A stretch of DNA of 64,000 nt from Alphaproteobacteria bacterium (lineage in GTDB: Bacteria > Pseudomonadota > Alphaproteobacteria > Bin95): contig CBDBGH010000003.1 of NCBI GenBank assembly GCA_965205265.1, positions 1,088,001 to 1,152,000 on the forward strand, given 5' to 3'. A program made the translations under genes and the position numbers. The notes beneath the pieces were generated by a model. It was not told the origin of the DNA. It searched no databases and saw only the letters and a list, made by a program, of their open reading frames with translations. Below are positions 51,731 to 61,004 of this stretch, piece after piece (position 1 is the first letter of the stretch; every line of letters starts with the position of its first letter).

Positions 51731-52692
51731 GCGGCCTCGGCGCGGTTCGACTGCAGCTTGCGCGTCAGGAGGTCGAGGCAGGCCATGCGGACCGCGACGC
51801 CCATCTCCACCTGCTCCTGGATCAGCGAGCGGTGGATGTCGTCGGCCACGTCGCTGTCGATCTCCACGCCCCGGTTCATCGGCCCGGGATGCATCACCAG
51901 CGCATCCGGCCGGGCCGCCGCCAGCTTGCGGGCGTCGAGGCCGAAGAAGTGGAAATACTCCCGCACGGACGGCACGAAGCTGCCCTGCATCCGCTCCGTC
52001 TGGAGGCGCAACATCATCACGATGTCCACGCCGTCGAGGCCGGCCTGCATGTCGTGGAAGACCTCGACGCCGAAGCGGTACATCTCGGCCGGCAGCAGGG
52101 TGGGCGGCGCCACGACCCGCACGCGCGTGCCCATGGCGTTGAAGAGGTGGATGTTCGAGCGCGCGACGCGGCTGTGCATGATGTCGCCGCAAATCGCGAC
52201 CGTGAGGCCGGAGAGGCCGCCGAGGCGCCGGCGGATCGTCAGCGCGTCGAGCAGGGCCTGGGTCGGGTGCTCGTGCCAGCCGTCGCCGGCGTTGATGACC
52301 GCCCCGTCCACCTTCTCCGACAGCAGGTGGACGGCGCCGGACTGCGGGTGGCGGACCACCAGCAGGTCGGGCCGCATGGCGTTGAGCGTGAGCGCCGTGT
52401 CGAGCAGCGTCTCTCCCTTCTTGATCGCGCTGATGTCGGGGGAGATGTTGATGACATCGGCGCCGAGCCGCTTGCCGGCCAGTTCGAAACTGGTGCGGGT
52501 GCGCGTCGAGGTCTCGAAGAAGACGTTGATGACGGTGCGCCCCTTCAGCACCGCGACCTTCTTGTCGTCGCGCCGGCTCTGCTCGACATAGCTCTCGGAC
52601 AGGTCCAGCAGGGCCGAAATCTCGCCGGGCGCAAGGCCCTCTATGCCAAGCAGGTGACGATGCGGGTAGCTGTATGGAGCGGCATCGGCCAT
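51727..52692 (-). CDS. pyrB: Aspartate carbamoyltransferase catalytic subunit
   Basis: [52 protein letters not shown]. Confidence 0.98.
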   Translation of the reverse strand: MADAAPYSYPHRHLLGIEGLAPGEISALLDLSESYVEQSRRDDKKVAVLKGRTVINVFFETSTRTRTSFELAGKRLGADVINISPDISAIKKGETLLDTALTLNAMRPDLLVVRHPQSGAVHLLSEKVDGAVINAGDGWHEHPTQALLDALTIRRRLGGLSGLTVAICGDIMHSRVARSNIHLFNAMGTRVRVVAPPTLLPAEMYRFGVEVFHDMQAGLDGVDIVMMLRLQTERMQGSFVPSVREYFHFFGLDARKLAAARPDALVMHPGPMNRGVEIDSDVADDIHRSLIQEQVEMGVAVRMACLDLLTRKLQSNRAEAA

Positions 52693-52783
52693 AAAGCGGC
52701 TTTGTGCGGGGGATTCGGGCAACGATCAAGGGTCCGCCCGTCCGGGACTGTGGATGAATCGCGCGAGCGGGAGGCGCCGGCCG

Positions 52784-54025
52784 ATGGACATGCGTTTGAC
52801 GCCGTTTCAGCAGGAGCTGGTGGACAGGGCGCGCCGCCTGGCGGTGGAGCGGTTCGCACCGCGCGCCGCCGCGCTCGACCGCGAGGCGGCCTTTCCCTTC
52901 GAGGACTATGACGACCTGAGGGAAGAAGGGTTGCTGGCGCTCTGCATCCCGGAGGCGCATGGCGGGCTCGGCGCGGATTTCGAGACCTATTGCCTGGTCG
53001 CCGAGCAGATCGCGCGCGGCAACGCCTCCACGGCGCTCACTTACAACATGCACTGCCTCACCATGATGCTGATGGGCGAGATGGCGGACCGGTACGGCAT
53101 GCCGGCGGAGAAGCGCGCCCGCCATGAGCGCCTCCGCGCGGAGAAGTTCCGCGAGGTGGTGGAGGAGGGCGTGTTCTACGGCCAGCCGCACAGCGAGCCG
53201 GTGGAGGAAGGCGAGACCGACACGGCCTTCAGCGTCGGCGGGCGGCGGTTCGGCACCGAGGCGCGGAAGGTGGAGGGCGGCTACCGCGTGACGGGGCGCA
53301 AATTCTTCGTTTCGCTCTCGGACGCGGCGGACTATTTCGCAACGCCGGCGATCCTGGTGGACGAGGGGAAGCTGACCTGGCTGGAGCGCACGCTTTACCT
53401 CAAGGTGCCGCGCGATGCCGAAGGGGTCGCCTTCGAGGGCGAGTGGGACCCGATCGGCATGCGCGCCACGGTGAGCCGCGAGATGCACCTCCGGGACGTG
53501 TTCGTGCCCGACAGCGGCGACATCCTGCCGCCCGGCGTGTTCGGCGGCCTGTATCTGACCGCCTCGCACGCCCCGATGGGCTTCTCCGCGACTTTCCTGG
53601 GGCTCGCGGTCGAAGCTGCGGAAACCGCGCTCGCCTATCTGCAGGGCGGGCTTGCGGGCGCGCCCGGCCGGTCGAGCGTATCGCCTTCCGCCAGCAACGG
53701 GGTCTCCGAGATGCTCCTGAAGCTGGAGGCCACGCGCTCGCTCTTCTACCACGCCGTCTCGGAGGCGAAGCTGCCGCCGACGCCGGAGACCCGTCAGCGC
53801 GCCCGCGCCGCGCATGTCACGGTGCAGCGCAATGCCGTGGAGATAACCTCGCTCGCCATGCGGGTCTGCGGCGGCCGCGCGATCCTCAAGCGCTTCCCGC
53901 TGGAGCGCCACCTCCGCGACGCCCGTGCCGCCTCCGTCATGCGCCCCTGGACGCTGGACATCGTCACGGAAGAACTCTGGAACGCGGCCTTGGCCCCGGA
54001 GGCAGAGAACGCACAAGGCGATTAG
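52784..54025 (+). CDS. Acyl-CoA dehydrogenase-fold flavoprotein (possible flavin monooxygenase)
   Basis: PEAHGGLG, ASTAL.YNMH, VTGRKFF.S, WDPIGMRAT.S, LERHLRDAR. Confidence 0.85.
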   Translation: MDMRLTPFQQELVDRARRLAVERFAPRAAALDREAAFPFEDYDDLREEGLLALCIPEAHGGLGADFETYCLVAEQIARGNASTALTYNMHCLTMMLMGEMADRYGMPAEKRARHERLRAEKFREVVEEGVFYGQPHSEPVEEGETDTAFSVGGRRFGTEARKVEGGYRVTGRKFFVSLSDAADYFATPAILVDEGKLTWLERTLYLKVPRDAEGVAFEGEWDPIGMRATVSREMHLRDVFVPDSGDILPPGVFGGLYLTASHAPMGFSATFLGLAVEAAETALAYLQGGLAGAPGRSSVSPSASNGVSEMLLKLEATRSLFYHAVSEAKLPPTPETRQRARAAHVTVQRNAVEITSLAMRVCGGRAILKRFPLERHLRDARAASVMRPWTLDIVTEELWNAALAPEAENAQGD

Positions 54026-54311
54026 TGCAGAGCCCGTTCCGATGAAACCGTATTTCGCTCCGGGCCCGAAAATATCGGCCCGGACGCCCGCAGGGCGAGC
54101 CGGGGCCTCGTGCGGCCGGAGCGGGCGTCCCGAGGTCCCGAATCGACCCCGGATCGGGGTCCGGGGCAGGCTGCTCCGCGCCGACCGGGACGACGCCGGG
54201 AGTTTGCGTGGAGTGGGCCCCATGGTCCGGACAGTTTCAAGCGGCGTTTTTGACAGGTGTGTGGTTTTGTTTCTCCTCGAAGTGTTTTGGGCTGAGATAT
54301 CCGAGAGCAGA

Positions 54312-54893
54312 GTGCAGGCGTCTGTTGTTGTAGCTGTCGATGAAGCGCGGCAGGTGTTGAGCGACGTCCTAGTTGCTTTGAACGACAAGGAACTGATCGG
54401 TCGGACGCGGTTGCAGAAGACGATCTATCTTCTTGACCGTTGCGGGGCGGATTTCGGGTTGCCGTTCGAATATTACCGCTACGGCCCCTATTCCTTCGAG
54501 CTTGTCGGAGGCCTGAACGATGCGTTGGCGGACGAGCGTATCGATGTCGAGGAAAGGCCGGGGCGCCACAAGGTGCGTTATGCGGTCTTCAGGACGGACG
54601 CAGAACGGCCGGAAGCCTTGGGGAACCTTCTGGCCGAACAGGCCGTTTCCCTGCTGGGCCGGATGAAATACGTTTCCGACTTCGTTCTGGAGCTCGCCGC
54701 GACCATCGTTTTCCTGCGGGACGAATGGCACTATTACGGCAAGAACAAGGTTGCCACCGCCGACGCAATGGATGCGGCTGTCGAGGAAACGAAAAGGCGC
54801 AAATCGCTCAAGGCGACGCCGGAGCGGCTTGAAAAGGCGCTGGCCTTGCTGGACGATCTCGGCCTTGCGGACGCTCCGGCCGGACAAAAATAG
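54312..54893 (+). CDS. YwgA/Panacea(SocA)-like winged-helix protein; start uncertain
   Basis: GRTRLQKTIYLL, FEYYRYGPYSFEL, VLELAATI.F; lower GC. Confidence 0.65.
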   Translation: MQASVVVAVDEARQVLSDVLVALNDKELIGRTRLQKTIYLLDRCGADFGLPFEYYRYGPYSFELVGGLNDALADERIDVEERPGRHKVRYAVFRTDAERPEALGNLLAEQAVSLLGRMKYVSDFVLELAATIVFLRDEWHYYGKNKVATADAMDAAVEETKRRKSLKATPERLEKALALLDDLGLADAPAGQK

Positions 54894-54901
54894 CTCGTCC
54901 C

Positions 54902-55150
54902 TCACCCTCCGCCAATGCGGGGCAGGAGATAGACTTCGGCGCCTTCGGGGATTGGGGCGGTCAGGTCGTCCTGGTGCATCACGCCGTCTATGGCGACGGC
55001 CATGCTTTCCTCGACTTGGCGGCCGAGACCCGGAAAGCGCGCGTCCAGATCCCGGACCAGGCCTCTTATGCTGGTTGCGTCCGACTCCAGCTCGGCCATG
55101 CCGCCCGTGTATTGGCGGCAGGCCGAGTGGGTCAGGACGATGCGCGCCAA
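54902..55150 (-). CDS. MoaD/ThiS family ubiquitin-like sulfur carrier
   Basis: 82 aa, LDARFPG, VAIDG, C-terminal PRIGGG. Confidence 0.88.
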   Translation of the reverse strand: MARIVLTHSACRQYTGGMAELESDATSIRGLVRDLDARFPGLGRQVEESMAVAIDGVMHQDDLTAPIPEGAEVYLLPRIGGG

Positions 55151-55157
55151 GGCGGGG

Positions 55158-57440
55158 CTATTCCTCCGCCGCCGCCTGCTCGTCCACCGCCTTGCGGACC
55201 TTGGGCGGCGACATGGGCAGTTCCGTCAGCCGGATGCCGATGGCGTCCTGGATGGCATTCGCCATCGCGGCCATGGGCGGCACGATCGGCACCTCGCCGA
55301 CCCCGCGCGCGCCGTAGGGATGCCTCGGGTTCGGCACCTCGACGACGACGGTGTCGATCATCGGCAGGTCCGAGGCCACCGGGATGCGGTAGTCGAGGAA
55401 GCCCGGATTCTCCAGCCGGCCCTTGTCGTCGTAGATATATTCCTCGTTCAAGGCCCAGCCGATGCCCTGCACGGCGCCGCCCTGGATCTGCCCCTCGACA
55501 TAGGAGGGATGGATCGCGCGGCCCGCGTCCTGCGTCGCCAGATAGCGCAGCACCTTCACATGGCCGGTCTCCCGGTCCACCTCGACATCGACCAGATGCG
55601 TGCCGAAGCCGGGGCCCGCGCCCTGGGCGTTGAGCGAGGAGGTGGCGGCGATGGGCCCGCCGGTGCGGCCCGACTTGGCGGCGAGGTCCTCCAGCGTGAG
55701 CGGCTCGAAATCGCCCGCATTGCTGCCGGCGGGAACGGCCTTGCCGTCCTGCCACTCGACCGCCTCGACCGGGATGTCCCAGGTCTTGGCGGCGCGCGCC
55801 TTCAGCTCGTTCACAACGGACTTCGACGCCTCCACCACCGCCATGCCGGTGGCGAAGGTGACGCGGCTGCCGCCGGTGAGGAAGCAGTAGCCGACCGAGC
55901 TCGTGTCCGCGACGATCGGGCGGACGCGCTCCACATCGATGCCGAGCACCTCGGCCGCCATCATCGCCATGGAGGCGCGGGAGCCGCCGATATCCGGGTT
56001 GCCGGTGGCGACCACGGCCGTGCCGTCCTCGTTGATGTTGACGGTCGCAGAGGACTCGCCGCCGATATTGAACCAGAAGCCCGCGGCGACGCCGCGCCCC
56101 TGGTTCGGCCCGAGCGGCACCTTGTAGTTCGGGTGGTCCTTCACCGCCTCCAGCGTCTCGACGCAGCCGATATCGCCGAAGGTCGGGCCGTAGGCCGCCT
56201 TGGTGCCCTTCTTGGCGGCGTTCTTGAGCCGGAGCTCGACCGGGTCCATGCCGAGTTCGCGCGCGAGCTCGTCCACCGCGCTCTCGACGCCGAAGTTCGA
56301 GATCGGCGCGCCGGGCGCCCGGTAGGCCGCGACCTTGGGACGGTTGGTCACGACGTCATAGCCGGTGATGCGCACGTCCTGGAGGTCGTACACCGCGAAC
56401 GCGGTCATGCAGCCGGGCCCGACCGGCGAGCCCGCATAGGCGCCGGCCTGGAACTTCAGCACGGCGTCGCCGGCGACGATGGTGCCGTCGCGCTTGGCGC
56501 CGATCTTGACCCAGACGGTGCCGCCCGAGGTCGGGCCGGAGCCGCGGAACACCTCTTCGCGGGTCATCGCCATCTTGACCGGCCGCCCGGACTTCCGCGA
56601 CAGCACGACCGCCAGCGGCTCCAGATAAACCAGCGTCTTGCCGCCGAAGCCGCCGCCGATCTCCAGCGGCGTCACGCGGATTTCGGAAATGTCGATGCCG
56701 AGCAGCTTGGCCACATAGGCGCGGACCATGAACTGGCCCTGGCTGGAGCAGTAGATCTGCACCTGCCCGTCCGCGGCGTATTGCGCGACGCAGGCATGCG
56801 GCTCGATGTAGCCCTGGTGGACGGGCGCCGTCTTGTATTTGCGCTCGATGACGATGTCGGCCTTCTCGAACGCCGCGTCCACATCGCCCAGCTGGAACAC
56901 CATGCGCTTGGCGACATTTGACGGGGTTGTCGGCTTCGGATCGACGCCCGAGGTGAACATGTCGTCATGGAGGACGGGCGCGCCTTCCACCATCGCGTCC
57001 TCGACGTCGATGACATGCGCCAGCACCTCGTAGTCCACCTCGATGGCCGCGAGCGCGGCATCGGCGGCGGCGGCGCTGGTGGCCGCGACCGCGGCGACGG
57101 CATGGCCGTCATAAAGCGCCTTGTCGCGCGCCATCGTGTTGCCGGACATGTCCTTGAAGTCCGCCGGGCCTTCGCCCACAAAGGCTTCCTCGCTGGTGAT
57201 CTCGGGCATGTCGGCGGCGGTCATCACCGCCTTGACGCCCGGGATCGCCTCCGCCTTCGAGGTGTCGATGGACCGGATGCGGGCATGGGCGTGCGGGCTG
57301 CGCAGCACCTTGCCCACAAGCTGGCCGGGAAGCTGGAAATCGGCCCCGAACTGGGCGCGGCCGGTGACCTTGTCCACGCCGTCCGGGCGGATCGGCCTGG
57401 TTCCGACGACCTTGAGGTCGGGGGTTCCGTCGGGTGCCAT
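55158..57440 (-). CDS. Xanthine dehydrogenase family molybdopterin-binding subunit
   Basis: KVTG.A.F, RSPHAHARI, HQGYIEP, GGGFGGK, AYRAPG, GQIQGG..QG.G.AL.E, GARGVGE. Confidence 0.95.
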   Translation of the reverse strand: MAPDGTPDLKVVGTRPIRPDGVDKVTGRAQFGADFQLPGQLVGKVLRSPHAHARIRSIDTSKAEAIPGVKAVMTAADMPEITSEEAFVGEGPADFKDMSGNTMARDKALYDGHAVAAVAATSAAAADAALAAIEVDYEVLAHVIDVEDAMVEGAPVLHDDMFTSGVDPKPTTPSNVAKRMVFQLGDVDAAFEKADIVIERKYKTAPVHQGYIEPHACVAQYAADGQVQIYCSSQGQFMVRAYVAKLLGIDISEIRVTPLEIGGGFGGKTLVYLEPLAVVLSRKSGRPVKMAMTREEVFRGSGPTSGGTVWVKIGAKRDGTIVAGDAVLKFQAGAYAGSPVGPGCMTAFAVYDLQDVRITGYDVVTNRPKVAAYRAPGAPISNFGVESAVDELARELGMDPVELRLKNAAKKGTKAAYGPTFGDIGCVETLEAVKDHPNYKVPLGPNQGRGVAAGFWFNIGGESSATVNINEDGTAVVATGNPDIGGSRASMAMMAAEVLGIDVERVRPIVADTSSVGYCFLTGGSRVTFATGMAVVEASKSVVNELKARAAKTWDIPVEAVEWQDGKAVPAGSNAGDFEPLTLEDLAAKSGRTGGPIAATSSLNAQGAGPGFGTHLVDVEVDRETGHVKVLRYLATQDAGRAIHPSYVEGQIQGGAVQGIGWALNEEYIYDDKGRLENPGFLDYRIPVASDLPMIDTVVVEVPNPRHPYGARGVGEVPIVPPMAAMANAIQDAIGIRLTELPMSPPKVRKAVDEQAAAEE

Positions 57441-57441
57441 G

Positions 57442-57921
57442 TCAGGATGCTCCTCGCATGTCGGCGGCCGTGTCGAGCACGGCGCGGATGATCTTGTCGT
57501 AGCCGGTGCAGCGGCAGAGATTGCCGGCCAGCCAGTAGCGCGCCTCCTCCTCGGTGGGATTCGGGTTGCGCTCCAGCAGCGCCCTGGACGCGACCAGGAA
57601 GCCCGGCGTGCAGATGCCGCACTGCAGCGCCGCATATTCCAGGAACTTCTGCTGCAGCGGGTGCAGCCGGTCCCCGTCGGCCATGCCCTCGATGGTCTGG
57701 ATGGCGTGGCCCTCGGCCTCGACGCCCAGCATCAGGCAGGAGCAGACGAGGCGGTCGTCGACCGTGATCGAGCAGGCGCCGCAGTCGCCCGTGGCGCAGC
57801 CTTCCTTGGTGCCGGTCAGATGCAGCTCGTCGCGGAGCACGTCGAGCATGGTCTGCTCGGTGTTGCAGAGGAACTCGACCGGCTCGCCGTTGATCGTGGT
57901 GGAAATGTGGTGTTTCGCCAT
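57442..57921 (-). CDS. Xanthine dehydrogenase family [2Fe-2S] subunit
   Basis: GTKEGC..GDCGAC, QCGICTPG, GNLCRCTGY. Confidence 0.96.
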   Translation of the reverse strand: MAKHHISTTINGEPVEFLCNTEQTMLDVLRDELHLTGTKEGCATGDCGACSITVDDRLVCSCLMLGVEAEGHAIQTIEGMADGDRLHPLQQKFLEYAALQCGICTPGFLVASRALLERNPNPTEEEARYWLAGNLCRCTGYDKIIRAVLDTAADMRGAS

Positions 57922-57930
57922 GGTTTCGGC

Positions 57931-58797
57931 TCAGGCTCCCGCGCGCTTGAAGGCAGTGGCGGCCGCGCGGCGCGCCAGCACGCCTGCGACCTTGGTGCGG
58001 TATTCGATGGTGCCGCGCTTGTCGTCGATGGGCTTGCAAGCGGCCCGTGCGGCGGCGTCGAGCGCGGCGAGCGCCGCATCGTCGAGCCTGCTGCCGACCA
58101 GCGCCGCAGCCGCATCGGGGACGACCAGCACGGTCGGCGCGACGGCCCCGAGCGACACTTTCGCCGCTGTGCAGGCGCCGCCCTCATCCAGTGTCACGCA
58201 GACGCCGGCGCCGACCACGGCGATGTCCATTTCCGTGCGCGGAATGAAGCGCAGATAGGCGTCTCCCGTGCGCGCCGGCTTCGGCGGCAGCTTGATCGCG
58301 ACCACCATCTCGCCCTTGGCGAGCGAAGTGCGGCCCGGCGCCGTCGGCACATCCTCGACCGGAACCTCGCGCTCCCCGTCCGGCCCGGCGATGACGACCG
58401 TTGCGCCCGCCGCCGCCAGCGCCGGCACGGAGTCCGCAGCGGGCGAGGCATTGCAGAGATTGCCGACAAACGAGGCCCGGCCCTGAATCTGCGTCGAGCC
58501 GATCAGTTCGACCGCTTCGACGATGCCCGGCCAGTCCTTCGACAGCGTCGCGTGCTCGCCCGCCTCGGCGCCGGAAACGGATGCGCCGATCCGGTAGCCG
58601 CCGCCCTCGGTCGTGATTGTCCGGAGTTCGGGAATCCGCTTGGTATCGACGATCAGGTCCGGCTTCAGAATGCCGGAACGCAATTGGACGAGGAGGTCCG
58701 TGCCCCCCGCCAGCACCCTGGCGACGCCGCTTGCGTTCGCCAGCAACTGCACCGCTTCGGCCACCGTCGTGGGCGCAGCGAAACTCGGTGCGTACAT
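57931..58797 (-). CDS. Xanthine dehydrogenase family FAD-binding subunit
   Basis: LAGGTDL, QIQGRAS..GNLCNASPAAD, PIDDKRG..EYR. Confidence 0.95.
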   Translation of the reverse strand: MYAPSFAAPTTVAEAVQLLANASGVARVLAGGTDLLVQLRSGILKPDLIVDTKRIPELRTITTEGGGYRIGASVSGAEAGEHATLSKDWPGIVEAVELIGSTQIQGRASFVGNLCNASPAADSVPALAAAGATVVIAGPDGEREVPVEDVPTAPGRTSLAKGEMVVAIKLPPKPARTGDAYLRFIPRTEMDIAVVGAGVCVTLDEGGACTAAKVSLGAVAPTVLVVPDAAAALVGSRLDDAALAALDAAARAACKPIDDKRGTIEYRTKVAGVLARRAAATAFKRAGA

Positions 58798-58972
58798 CCT
58801 TCCTCCTCAATCTCGCATGGTCGCGCAAACAGACCCGCTGAAGCACCGTTGGGAGCCGGCGAGCCACTCGGATAACGCTATTCTAGAGCCATCCGTCCCC
58901 CTTTGGCGAGTGCGCAGCGTCGATAAGTCGCCTCGGCCCGGGCGTTAACCTGCTGGAGAGATGCATGAAGGA

Positions 58973-59473
58973 TTAGAAGTCAAGAATGGCAGGCTTGTGC
59001 CCGCAATGCTTGATGAATCGCACGAGATCGTCCGGGGCAATGGCTGTGGTGCGGTCGTTGCGCAGCGGGTGGTAGTTGAGCGGTGAGATTTCGAGCATCC
59101 GGGCCTGCAGCACCGGCTGCACGCGCCGTTCGCGGTCATTGATGAGGGCGAAGGGCGTGACGGCGCCGGGGAGGATGCCGAGCACTTCCATGAGGCGCTC
59201 CGCCGACCCGAAGGAAGGGCGGCCCGCGCCGATCCGCCCGCCGAGTTCCTTCAGGTCGATCCTCGCATCTTCCAGGCAGACGACCAGCCAGTAGGCGTTC
59301 TTCCGGTTCTTCAGGAACAGGTTCTTGCAATGGCCGCCCTCCAGCAGGCCGCGATATTCCCGGTTCTCGTCCACCGTGAACACCGGCTCGTGGCAGACGG
59401 TGCTGTGGGCGATGGCGAGTTCGTCGAGGCGGGCGAACAGGTCCTCCGGCGTGGCCGGCCTGGAGGCGGTCAT
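58973..59473 (-). CDS. YbaK/ProX family aminoacyl-tRNA editing protein
   Basis: HEPVFTV, KNLFLK, SFGS, PGAVTPFAL.ND, NYHPL.N..T. Confidence 0.9.
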   Translation of the reverse strand: MTASRPATPEDLFARLDELAIAHSTVCHEPVFTVDENREYRGLLEGGHCKNLFLKNRKNAYWLVVCLEDARIDLKELGGRIGAGRPSFGSAERLMEVLGILPGAVTPFALINDRERRVQPVLQARMLEISPLNYHPLRNDRTTAIAPDDLVRFIKHCGHKPAILDF

Positions 59474-60873
59474 GCCGCTGCTGCGGGCGCGGCGGCGAGC
59501 ACGGCGGCGTCGTGGCGGGGGAGCTCCATCAGCACCGCTTTCAGGCGCCCGGCCGCTGTCTCGCCCACGGCGTCGGCAGCAAGCGCGTCGTATTTGGAGA
59601 GCAGCGCCGCCTCGCGGCCCGGATGGCCCGGCGCACCGGACGGATTGAGGGTTTCCGACCGCTCCACCCGTCCGTCGGGCCCGGCGATCTCGACCCAACC
59701 CGGGTAATCGGCCGGATAGAGGCCGTCGAGTTCGGCGTCGGGCACCAATTCGATCCGCCGGGCGAGTTCCACCAGTTCGGGGTCGTTCAGCCGCTCGTCG
59801 GTATATTGCGCCGGCAGCGCGTTGCCGTCCGCGAGCGCTGCGGCGATGGTGAAGCGTGCGCTCATCTGGCCGTTGAGGGCGGTCCCCGGCTCGTAGTCGA
59901 AGCCGCATTGCACATCGACCACCCGCGGCAGGCCGGCGCGCACGGTCTCGTCCGCGCCGGGCATGCGCCCGAGGCGCTGGCGGAGTTCGCGCGCGGCATC
60001 GACATAGGAATGCAGCGAGCCGCAGCAGGAATAGGGCTTGAAATAAACCTGTTCGACGGCCCATTCGCTGCCGAGCCCGTCCAGCAGGCGCTCCGGCCTT
60101 GCGTCGTCGGAGAAGGCGTCGAGGAAACCGCCGTCGTCGGTCTCCAGCACGCTCGCCGGGCCTGTGAAACCCATCGCCGCGAGTTCCGCCGCCATGACGC
60201 CGGCATGCGCCGCGCGGCCCGGATGCAGGCGCTTGCTCATGGCGCCGTCCGCGTTGAAGGCGAACAGGCCCGATCCCTGCGTCGCGCCAAGCCCGAGCGC
60301 CCAGGCTGCCGCCTCCTCGTCCAGCCCGAGAAGAACGGCTCCCGCCGCCGCCGCGCCGAGCGGGCCGCACACGCCCGTAAGGTGCCAGCCGCGCAGCCGG
60401 GCAGCATTGGGATCGAGAGCGCGGGACGCACGAACCATCACTTCGTAGCCGGCGACGACCGCCGTTTCGATGGCCTCGCCATCGGAGCCGAGACGTTCGG
60501 CGAGCGCAAGCGCCGCCGGGACGGCCGCCGCGCCCGGATGCAGCTTGGCAATGAAATCGTCGAGCTCGAAGGCATGAGCGGCAACGCCGTTCACGAGCGC
60601 TGCGTCGGCGGGTCTGAGCGACGGGGCCGCCTCCCCCCAGACGGTCGCAAGACCCTCGCCACTACCCGGCAGCCCGGCTCCCCGGCGCGCCCAGGAGAGC
60701 GCCGTTTCGGCCCAGAATTCCTGCCGCCCGTGAAGCGCCGCGCCCATTGTGTCCAGCAGGGCGAGGCGCGCGGCGCGGCGGGTGCTCTCCGGCAGGGCTT
60801 CGGGCCGAAGGCCGGCCAGCCAGCGCGCGAGCTCGGCAGTCAGGGCGGGGGTTTCGCTGCGGTCGCGCGGCAT
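59470..60873 (-). CDS. MmgE/PrpD family protein
   Basis: NGVAAHAFELDD...HPG, GWH.TG..G, KRLHPG.AA..G, FKPYSCC...H. Confidence 0.92.
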   Translation of the reverse strand: MPRDRSETPALTAELARWLAGLRPEALPESTRRAARLALLDTMGAALHGRQEFWAETALSWARRGAGLPGSGEGLATVWGEAAPSLRPADAALVNGVAAHAFELDDFIAKLHPGAAAVPAALALAERLGSDGEAIETAVVAGYEVMVRASRALDPNAARLRGWHLTGVCGPLGAAAAGAVLLGLDEEAAAWALGLGATQGSGLFAFNADGAMSKRLHPGRAAHAGVMAAELAAMGFTGPASVLETDDGGFLDAFSDDARPERLLDGLGSEWAVEQVYFKPYSCCGSLHSYVDAARELRQRLGRMPGADETVRAGLPRVVDVQCGFDYEPGTALNGQMSARFTIAAALADGNALPAQYTDERLNDPELVELARRIELVPDAELDGLYPADYPGWVEIAGPDGRVERSETLNPSGAPGHPGREAALLSKYDALAADAVGETAAGRLKAVLMELPRHDAAVLAAAPAAAA

Positions 60874-61004
60874 GGCAGGTCTCCGAAAGCAGGGGGCAGT
60901 CCGCCGGGAGGGTTCCAACGGTGGCGGTTTCGGGTGAAGAATGCAGGAATCGCGGTCCGCTCGCAAACCGGCCGGCCGCCTCGCAGAAACGGGAGACAGC
61001 GGCG

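Noticed and set aside
50426-54388. 1320-aa ORF suggesting a giant dihydroorotase fusion
   Set aside because: Only the last 434 aa are real. The rest overlaps pyrB out of frame and the ACAD-fold gene antisense.
55158-58797. Aerobic CO dehydrogenase coxMSL
   Set aside because: The active-site loop is AYRAPG, not form I AYxCSFR or form II AYRGAGR, and no cox accessory genes are present.
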